The translations under genes were made by a program, and so were the position numbers. Below are positions 12,601 to 23,800 of a stretch of 64,000 bases of DNA, one piece after another. The DNA is from Octopus sinensis (lineage: Eukaryota), in NCBI RefSeq assembly GCF_006345805.1, contig NC_043010.1, positions 52,204,001 to 52,268,000 of the forward strand, given 5' to 3'. How positions within the stretch are numbered: the first letter of the stretch is position 1; each line of letters starts with the position of its first letter. Below the pieces are notes generated by a model, which searched no databases, was not told the DNA's origin, and saw only the letters and a program-made list of their open reading frames with translations.

Positions 12601-15600
12601 TGTGTGTGTTTGATGTGTGTGTGTATTTGTATGAGTGTATGAGTATATATTTGTGTGTGTATCTGTGTGTGTGTGTGTGTGTGTGTGTTTGATGTGTGTA
12701 TGTATTTGTGTGTGTATTTGAATGCGTCCGTGTATATGTATTAGTGTGTAATGAAGTGCTTTACACGAGCACAACACACAATTGAAACTACTACCTTATG
12801 ATTTTGAGTGCAACGCCCTAACCGAGCGTTTCTCAACTGGGGTTCCCTGGAACACTAGAGTTCTGCAAAAGGGTCCTAGGGGATCTGCGAGAAAGAATGA
12901 GATAAGCTAATGTTAATTTCATGATCATTATATATATATATATATATTTATATGTGTGTGTGTGATATTTATCACGTGAACTACAATGTTAAAATATGAG
13001 AAAGATATGGTATATAATGTTTTTCAAGCAGGGGTTCCTTGACACGTAATTTATTTTAAGTGTTACGCAAGGGTAAAAGTGTTGAGAAACACTGCCCTAA
13101 CCACTAGGCCACATGTACGCGCACACACACATTTTCACATTCACATATGTGTGCACACACACACAAACACAAACTGACACACACTGACACACATATACAT
13201 ATCCACACACACACACTCACAAACATACTCACAAACATACAAACAAACTTGCAAACACACCTGGAAACACACTCGCAAATGCACTCATAAACGCACTTGC
13301 AAATGCACCCACAGACACACGCACGAGCACACCCACGAGCACACCCACAAGCACACTCTCACACACTCACAAAAACACACACTCACACACACAGACACAC
13401 AAACACACAAAACACTCACACCCACACATACACACAAACAAACACATCTACACACACACACACACACACAATCACACACACACACACACCTGAACCCATA
13501 CAGTTAGTGTACATCAAAACTGAACTCCTGATTTCTTTCTCTCTGTTGTTTAGGTCCCGGAGACTTGACTCCTGTACAAGGCCAAGGTGGATGTCCCACA
13601 CCTGGGTGCAAAGGTATTGGTCACATTAAAGGTGCTAAATATGCTGGACATCATAGGTAAGTGTGGTTCAATTCTCGGCACTTTTCCTCTTCCTAATTTC
13701 ATGTTTCTCCTTTAAATATTTATTTACTATTGAGACATTAGTTTAACAGATTCATTGTTCAAAACCTTGCTGAAATTTTCTTTACCTTTAACCCATGTGT
13801 GACCAACCCGGCTGAAACCGGCTCTGGTTCTAAGTACAAATGTCCTGTTTTCATAAGTTTTGAATTAAAATCTTCCACCAAACCTTAGTCACAATTTATG
13901 TTCCAAATACTAGCTTAATGATAACTAAGTTATTTTACTAAATTCTTTGTTATATTTAAAATTAACTGAAAGAAACACAGCATCTTAAAAGAAATACAGT
14001 AATGAAAGGGTTAAATCATTCTGGATTTGATAAAATACAGGCACAAATGTGGTTGTGTGGTTAAGAAGTTTGCTTCCCAACCATATGGTCTTGAGTTCAG
14101 TCCCACTGTGTAACACCTTGGGCAAGTGTCTTCTTTTATAGCCTGAAAAAAAACCGTGTGTGTATGTATACACACTCACACACCCATACACACACCCACA
14201 CCCACCCACACACCCACACACACCCACACACATCTGTGGCTGTGTGTAAGAAGCTTGTTTCCCAACCAAATGGTTCTGGGTTCAGTTCCACTACATGGCA
14301 CTTTGGGCAAGTGTCTTCTACTATAGCTTGTGAGTGGGTTTAGTAGATGGAAACTGAAAGAAGCCCGGTGTGTGTGTGTGTGTGTCTTTGTGCCTGTGTT
14401 TGTTCCCTACTCCCACTGTTTGACAACTGCTGTTGGTGTGTTTATGTCCCTATAACTTAGCAGTTTGGTAAAAGAGACCAATAGAATATGTACCTGGCTT
14501 AAAAAATAAGTACTGGTGTCTATTTGTTTGACTTAAAAAAAAAAAAATTCAAGATGGTGCTTCAGCATGGCCACAGTCTAATGACCGAAACAAGTAAAAT
14601 AATATATATATGTATATAAAGGGTTATACAACTTGTTCTTTTCCTGTCTTGCAAGTTCTTGGCAACCCCACTAGTGCCTGTGATATGAAAGGAGCACACA
14701 CTACACATTTGTCGAGTGGTTGGTATTAGGAAGGGCATCCAGTTGTAGAAACCATGCCAGAGATGACATGTTGGATGATGCAACCCTGTGACTCTTGAGA
14801 GCCCGTCAAACAGTCCAACCCCTACCAGCATGGAAAACAGATGTTAAAAAATGATGAATGATGATGATAACTTATATATATACTGACTTATATATATAAG
14901 GCGGCGAGCTGGCAGAAACGTTAGCGCGCAGGGTGAAATGCTTAGCGGTATTTCGTCTGTCGTTACGTTCTGAGTTCGAATTCCGCCGAGGTCGACTTTG
15001 CCTTTCATCCTTCCGGGGTCGATAAATAAAGTACCAGTTTCGCACTGGGGTCGATGTAATCGACTTAATCCCTTTGTCTGTCCTTGTTTGTCCCCTCTAT
15101 GTTTAGCCCCTTGTGGGTAGTAAAGAAATATATATATATATATACTGACTTTGATTTTGAGATGGATTATTTTTCTCTCTCTCTCTTCAGTGCATCTGGT
15201 TGTTCCTATTCCCATCTGAATATGAACAAAGAGACAACGTTACAGGACCGGTTAGGTTCAACTCGAGTTGAAGAAGGAACTAGCACCCCTATTGGACAGC
15301 GACCAGCCAGAGCTATAGAACCATCAACGGTGACTTTGGAAATGTCGTGAGTTGAACCTGTGGTTTTATTTTCTCCGTCTGCCTTTGTTCTTTTCCCTCA
15401 CCTATGTTCCTTTGTCATTCATCTCATTTCCTTTCTCGTAAATTTGGTGTATAGTAATTGTAGTGAATGTGAGTGAGGACTGTTTGTAGGTTCATTAGAG
15501 AGGAGCAACCACTGTCAGTCAATGGTGGTTTGTTGTGAAATATGTGAGTCCTTGTTTCGATTGCTTGCAATTTTTTATGAATACAGTTTTGTTTAGTGGA

Positions 15601-17758
15601 CTTGTATGTGTGTGTGTGTTGGGTTTTAGGTGGTTTATGAAATTTTTTTTTTTTTTTCAAGCACTCCGTCGGTTACGACGACGAGGGTTCCGGTTGATCC
15701 GATCAGATCAACGGAACAGCCTGCTTGTGAAATTAACGTGTAAGTGGCTGAGCACTCCACAGACACATGTACCCTTAACGCAGTTCTCGGGGATATTCAG
15801 CATGACACAGAGAGTGACAAGGCCGGCCCTTTGAAATACAGGTACAACAGAAACAGGAAGTAAGAGTGAGAGAAAGTTGTGGTGAAAGAGTACAGCAGGG
15901 ATCACCACCATCCCTGCCGGAGCCTCGTGGAGCTTTAGGTGTTTTCGCTCAATAAACACTCACAACGCCTGGTCTGGGAATCGAAACCGCGATCCTACGA
16001 CCGCGAGTCCGCTGCCCTAACCACTGGGCCATTGTGCCTCCACGGTTTATGAAATATTAGTGAACTATATTTTTTGAGAGAAATAGCTTTTAGAAGAGGA
16101 GTTAGAATTCTTTACAGTCACCAGCAATCATGAAATAAGAGAATTTCAGGATGTGGAGATGTGAATTTGGGATAACAGTTTGATGTGACGATTGAAGGCA
16201 TCTAGACTTGGGGCAACCTACTGTGAGGTTGTGAATGATACCCAGCGTAGTGGATGACAACCAGAGTGGACGCTGGTTAATTGAATGTGGTGATTTGATT
16301 GAAAACTATGCAGTCTATGGTGGTAAAAATATCTGATCATGGGTAATGGCCAGATTTAGAGTAAGTTTAGGTGATAGTGGTCATGTATGATGGTAGTCGT
16401 TCGTGAATGTCATTTGGGAAAATAAGGGTATGTGAGAACAGTAATTGGTAAGTGGAGTAGAGCTTGGTCATGGAATTATTATGCTCATGTAGTGCAGGCA
16501 TGGCTGTATGATTCAAAAGTTTATTTTCCAACCACATGTGTTTTGGGTTCAGATGGACAAGTACCATCAACTGTATGATTGGTTTGGTACAAACAAAGCC
16601 TTGTGTATAAATTTGATAGACAGAAATTGAAAGAAGCCAGATGAATATATATATATATATATGGTTACACACACACATCTCTGTCTGTCCCTTTCTCACA
16701 TCACCAATAGTAGAATACAAAAATTTCTTAGATTATATTTCTTTGTAGTGTTCTTTTTGAAGGCGTTCATGTACTGGAAATATTTCCTTAGTTCACTTTC
16801 AATGTAACTAATTTTAGATCACCTCGAAAACCTTGTGTTAACATGTATTTTCAGGAATATTAATTTCAATGATATTTTCTTTATCTAAACATGTTAATAC
16901 AATAGAAACAATTGTCGGCTTTGTAAGGTGAATTCTGCAATTAATGATGTAATTTTCTCTTTACATATTTTTGTTATACACACACACACACATACGAAAT
17001 ATATGCATAGCATGGTTATAGGCATGTTTGTGAAGTTAAGATTGCTTCTAACTATATGAAACATGGAAAAGTGGATGTTAAATGGTCTATATGTAGATAC
17101 GTCCATGTAGGGTGGGTGTTCAATGATACCATTTTGTTTTTGGTGAGGAACTTACAAGTAAGGAGAACTCGGTGTTGGGGCATCATCATCATGAAGAATC
17201 TAATTCTTTGCACTCCACAAATCCGGTTGCTTCACTAAGTTTCCTTCCTCAAATGCTTCAAAATGTAACAGTAAGACTTTCGATTGACGGTCTGGCCCTG
17301 GGGACGCACAATACCACATTTCTGGGGGTGATGCTTGTGGCAGGTTTTCCAGATTGCTTGTCATCTTCTAGGGATGTTCTTCTGATTTTTGGAGTGCCCG
17401 TGCCATTCGAAACATTGTGTATGACCCATTGCCTTGTTGTGGTAATCTTGCTGAAGCATGCTCAATGTCTCTGTAGTAGACTTCCCAAGTTTAACGCAAA
17501 ATTTCACATTGGTTCTTTGTTCCTGTCCATGACAAAAATCATAGACTACAGCATACACATTCATCACAAAAACACAAATTTCACAACTTGCAAAGTAAAC
17601 ACAGCAGTGTTGTTCAGCACACTGCCTCATGAAGGTCACTGCTAGCTCTCACTGCACATGCAACCATGTGCTGCCATCTGTTGGTGTGCTACAGAACTAG
17701 TCCAGGAACTATTTGATATCACCTTGTATATACATACATATTTGTATATATGTGTATG

Positions 17759-17808
<50 letters not shown>

Positions 17809-20800
17809 CATGTATATATTTGTGTATGTATTCATGTATGTATATGTGTGTATATGTAAGTGTGTGTGTAGTGGATAAAATATGTCAGAAAAGGCATATA
17901 ATTGATATCTCTGATATTAGAGCATGAACTTTCAGGATATATATCAGTTGTTCCCAACGTTTGGTCTGCGGACCCCTGGAGGTCCGTGAGCATGTTAAAT
18001 TAACAGACCTTTCAATAATATCCTGGGGTTCATGGGAAAACTCATTTAAATTAAAGGGGTCTTTGGTAGTGAAAATGTTGGGAACCAGTGGTAGATACCT
18101 ATCCATGTAGGATTACATACGAATTCTCACTTTCTTGATTTTCCTGGGTTTTTTTTTTGCTAAAATATATGTATATTTTTATACTTGTTCGTGCATAACT
18201 ATTTTATAAATACATCGATGCCATTAACAACTCCTCTCCACCTGTTATTTTATTGTACTGTATGTCTATGTGTTGTTGGCATCCTTTTGTCTCGGGAGAC
18301 AATGGAGTTGCGCATAAACTAATCCAGTCTGGTTTTTACATTTCATGTCCTCTCCAGTTTCGTCTCCAGTTTTGCGCAGGCCTGGGCTAGATGTAAGAAA
18401 ATCCTGGGTAGCCCAATCATCAGGATTCCTCTCTCGACCTTGCTGACATAGTCCAAAGGAGTGCAGAGCATTACTTTTGGCACCAGCTTGGCTGCAGGAG
18501 CTGCCAGAAGAGTGTCCAGTCGAACACTAAACTGCCCCCCTGGCTCCACTCTGGATTTCTTTGAAGGTTGTCTCCTGGATAGGGGCCCATACCGGGTACT
18601 GTCAGCCGGAGCCAGCTGAGCCCGGGACTCGTGTCAGGCAGGGTTGTCACTTCCTGAAGTAGTAAAGAAAATCGCTACCCACCACCTAGCCTGTCTATGT
18701 GTATGTGTGGTATATATATGTGTGGTGTATATATATATATATATATATATATACATACACACACATATCTGTGTGTGTGGTATGTATCTGTGTGTGTGTG
18801 TATAGTTTTTATAGTGAATTCACAAAATAGTGGCAGATAATTCTGTCAGCATAAAGATATATACAAGTAAAATTCAGATAACACTAGTAAAATTTGAAAC
18901 AAATAGGAAAGAAGTAGACAAGATACTATGAAGAATATAGGCGAGTGAAAATATGTGCCTGTAAAGCTTAGAAATGCTCCGTCCAACCCATGCTAGCATG
19001 GAAAACAGATGTTAAATGATGATGATGATGATGACACACACATGATGGACTTTTTTGAGTTTCCATCTCCCAGATTCTACCAAATCAACTCAAAGCTTTG
19101 GTTGACTAAGGTAGAAGACACTTGCCCAACATGCTGTAGAATGGGACTGAACCTGAAATCATGTGGTTGGAAAGCAAATTTCCTAACCACAGTCATGCTT
19201 GCACCCATTTTGAATTAATTTTTTTTTATGCCTTAATAATTTTTTTATGCTTTAACCCTTTCATTACAAACCCAGCTGAAACCAGCTCTGGCTCTTTAAT
19301 ATACATGTCTTGTTTTCATAAGTTTTGAATTAAAATCTTCCACCAAACCTTAGCCACAATTTATGCTCCTAAAACTAGCTTAATGATAAAGTCATTTTAC
19401 TAAATTATTCATTATATTTAAAATAATTGAAAGAAACACAGAGCATCACAAAATAAATTCAGTAATGAAAGGGTTAATCATTTTTTTATTATATAATTAT
19501 TTATGTAACTGTTGTCATCAGTGCCTGGGGATCTCATATGTTAATAGGGTATCCCATGTAGCTGAACACTCTGTGTGTATGTGTGTGAGCATTCGTATTT
19601 ACAAGTGTGGATGTTTTATGTTTTCCTGTGTTTCTGGAAGTGCTGATATATTTATGGTTGTGTGATGGGTTTAGTTCTGAATATTTGTCTATATGTGTAT
19701 GATATGCTTTACAGCGATTTTTTTTTCTTCTTCTTCCTACTAATATTATGTCTTCTACCAGGAAGGCTTCAGTCAAGTCTCCCATTCTATTTTTACTTCT
19801 TTCTCCTCATATCAGTCTCTTCTATCTTCTCTCTGTCCATATGACTCTTCCATACGCTCCCTCATATCAGCCGTCAGCCACTTGTCTGTCTTCCTCTTCT
19901 AGTGCATCTGCCTCCTGTCTTGCCTCTGCCTCCCATGTCTCGTACATCCACTCCTACCTTGTCCTCTACCTTCACGCACTCCCTCCTCCTCCTCCTGACT
20001 TTCATACTCAACTTCAGTCTCTTCGTCTCTCCGATCTCTTACTGTACATTTTACATCTACTTCTCTGTCAGTATGGGTTGGATGGGTATGAAAAAGCAAG
20101 CCTTTTGCATGGAATGTTGGAAAACCTTTTTTTTTTTTACAGCTGGATGGCCTGCTCTACCTTAAGCTAATAACACCCAACCACACTATCAAACCAGTAA
20201 ACAAACCAACCAACTGGCTAGCCAATCAGCTCTGGAGTGGTGATGGTGATGGCAATGATAGTTGTGGTGGTGGTCACTACTTTTTCTTTTCAGCTAGGTA
20301 GTCACTAGAGATGAGTAAATACCATCGTCTTATTGCCATCATTTTGACCGTTATTGCTTTCATCCCTGTTAATGTCACCACACTCATTAATATCACAATT
20401 ACCCGCATCACCACCTTCATCACCATCATCATCAGCCTCATATTGTAATAAACTGTTGAGCCTTCCTCATCTCTGATTTCTAACTGCTAGAATGGTGCTC
20501 TTTACTCTTTTCTCTTGATTTCCCGCTGTTTGTGAAGGGTTATTGAAGTTCCTTACCTGTTCTTTATGTTAGTCTGTTCCTTAACCCTTTCGTTACCAAC
20601 CTGGCTGAAACCGGCTCTGGCTCTGAGTACAAATGTCCTGTTTTCATAAGTTTTCAATTCTCAGAACTTTTCACCTTCCTAATTTCATGTTTTTCTTTTA
20701 AATATTTATTTACCATTGAGACATTAGTTTGACAGATTCATTGTTCAAAACCTTGCTGGAATTTTCTTTACCGTTAACCCATTTGTGACCAACCCTTCTG

Positions 20801-23800
20801 AAACCTGCTCTGGTTCTAAGTACAAATGGCTTGTTTTCATAAGTTTTGAATTAAAATCTTCCACCAAACCTTAGTCACAATTCCTAACACTAGCTTAATG
20901 ATAACTAAGTTATTTTACTGAATTTTTGTTTATTTAAAATAATTGAAAGAAACACAGCATCTCAAAAGAAAAAAATACGGTAATGAAAGGGTTAAAGGTT
21001 GCAAGCTGGCAGAATTGTTAGCACACCGGTATTTCATCTGTCTTTGTGTTCTGAACTCAAATTCTGCCGAGGTCAACTTTGCCTTTTATCCTTTTAGGGT
21101 TGATAAAATAAGCACCAGTTGAACACTGGAGTCAATGTAATTGACTTATCCCCTCCCCTGAAATTGCTGGCCTTGTGCCAAAATTTGGAACCAATATTAG
21201 TCTGTTCCTCTTGGTTTTTTGTGTTTTTTTCCTTCTGTCTTTTTCTCTTATCTTCTGGTCAGTCTTGATAGAGCAGATGTGTTCATAGGTGTTTTAGCTA
21301 TGACCAACCATACCAATATTCTTGTGTCTTATGGATTTCATTATCCAATGTGTCCTTTAAGATGGTAGGGTGTAAATTGAGGGAGATTTCACTGTTATTT
21401 CTAGCAAATTGAGTAACTCCACAGCCACTCCTTCATTAACTCGGTTCCCTTTCTACCTCCTTCTCTTCTTCCTAGAACTATTGTCCCTCCATTATTAGTT
21501 GATCTTGATTATAATTGCAGTTCAATTTAACATGCTTTTGACAAGGAGTTAAATGTGCGCTAATAATATAGGTAGGTGACCAAGTGTAAATAGTAGAAAA
21601 TCTTCAGTGAATGTTCCAGCCCTTAACTTTATGGATCTACTATGCTGCTCTCACTTGGTTTACAAACTGTCTTTTCTCCTGTTCTTCAGGGCTTGCTTGC
21701 TTGCTAGTATTATCTGTCTGTCTTTGTCATTCTTAAATTAGGGCATATAGATTCTGTAAAAGTGGTGTCTGTGTGGCACCATGTAAAAGCACCCGTGCAG
21801 TGCCACGTAAAAGCAGCCAGCATGCTCTGTAAAGTGGTTGGTGTTAGGAAGAACATTCAGCTGTAGAAAGCATGCCAGATCAGACTGGAGTCTACTACAG
21901 CTTGCCAGTTCTGGTCAAACCGTCCAACCTGTGTGTGTGTATGTGCGTTTGTGTATATTCATCCATTAATCCATTGATCCATCCACCTTATAATGAATAT
22001 AAGCTCTTAATAGAGAAGCTGGCTTGTACAACAAGTAAAAGCAGCTGTGTGACCTCACATAAAAGCACCTTTGTAACCCCATGTGAAAGCGCCATGTAAA
22101 AGTGTGCGTGCAGCGCTTGTAAAAGCACCTGTGTGGAACCACATGAAAGCACCCATGTAGTGTCATGTAAAAGCACCCAGCACACTCTGTAATGTGGTTG
22201 GCATTAGGAAGGGCATCCAGCTGTAGAAACCATGCCAGATCAGGCTGGAGTCTGGTGCAGCTCCTCAGCTTGTCAGTTCTGGTCAAATCTTCCAACCCAT
22301 GCCAGCATGGACACTGGACGTTAAATGATGATGATGATGATGTGTGTGTGAGTATGTGTGTATGACTATTACAATGAACACAGTGGACAGAACTTGAATA
22401 AAGGTGCATAGTTGAAAATAGATGGACTGGGGTACCACTTTGAAGGGTTTGGTCGAACAAATCAACCTCAGTACTTATTTTTTTTTTAAAGCCTAGTTCT
22501 TATTACAAACAAATCATCTATGCAGGGTTTTCAGCAAGAATTTGTAGAATCCTCATGTATCATCCATGACAAATGAAGTCCTCTATATCACCATCTATTT
22601 CCATCCTGTCTGTGCAGGCGCTGGCATAGCTGTGTGGTAAGACCACATGGTTCCAGGTTCAGTCCCACTGCGTGGCACCTTGGGCAAGTGTCTTCTATTA
22701 TAGTCTTGGGCCTGCCAAATCCTCGAGCGGATTTGGTAGATGAAAACTGAAAGAAGTCTGTTGTGTGTGTGTGCACTCACTCATTTACTCACTGACTCAC
22801 ACACACACACACACACACACACACATTTCAGGTTCAATAGTTATGGCCAAGATATTATTGAAGTTAGGGGGTTATATGTTTTGAGTTTAAGTTTTCAGGT
22901 ACTGGTTATGTAGTTGTGTGTGTGTTTGTTCCCTATCACTACTTGACAACCATTGTTGGTGTGTTTACATCCCCATCAGTTAGTGGTTCAGCAAAGGGAA
23001 CCAATAGGGACAAATACCAGGCTTTAAAAAAAAAATTAGTACCTGGGTCAATTCATTTGACTAAAAATTCTTCGAGGCAGTGCCCCAGCATGGCCACAAT
23101 CTAATAGCTCAAACAAGTAAAACAAATGAAAGAGGGTAGATATATGCTATTTGAAGTGTTATAAAATTGGTCTTTATTAGATTCTCAAGATATCAAGGTA
23201 TCGGTGCCTGTCGTTCAGAGAAATTCGGCTGCTGCATAGACGGTGTAAAAGCTATCACATTGAAACCCCTATTCACATGTGTGTGTGTATGTGCATGCAT
23301 GCATGTGTGTATGCCTGTTTGTGTGTCTGTGCCTGTGTGTGTGTGTATGCTTGTTTGTATGTGTGTGTGTGTGCATGCATATTTGTGTACACCTGTTTAT
23401 GTGTGTGTGTGTTTGCACTTGCATGCATGTGTGTATGCCTGTTTGTGTGTCTGTGCCTCTGTGTGTGTGTTTGTGTATGCCTGTTTGTATGTGTGTGCAT
23501 GCATGTGTGTATACCTGTTTGTGTGTGTGTGTGTGTGCATGCATGCATCCCTATTTGTGTGTGTGTGCATGTATATGTGCGTATACCTGTTTGTGCGCGA
23601 GTGTGTGTATGCATATGTGTGTATCCCTGTTTGTATGTGTCTGTATGTGTGCATGCATATGTGTGTATACCTGTTTGTGTGTGTGCTTCCGAGAAAATGA
23701 ATGATATAAAAAAATAAGACGTATGATAATGAAAGAGAGAGAGAGAGAGGCTGACTTATTAGAGAACAGATTGTACAACAACAACATCAAAAAAAAAACA

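Noticed and set aside
15330-15335. Alternative donor GTGACT in the 15191 exon
   Set aside because: It is phase 0, which is incompatible with the next exon. GTGAGT at 15347 is the better consensus and keeps the frame.
15960-16041. tRNA gene
   Set aside because: It has A- and B-boxes but no acceptor-stem closure, continues into a 300-bp body with poly(A) and TSD, and recurs elsewhere. It is a SINE head; the same applies to families A, B and C.
22035-22177. CRISPR-like repeat-spacer array
   Set aside because: The conserved word is only about 11 nt and degenerate, the linkers are about 13 nt and related to each other, no cas genes are present, and the context is a eukaryotic intron. It is a retroposon subrepeat.
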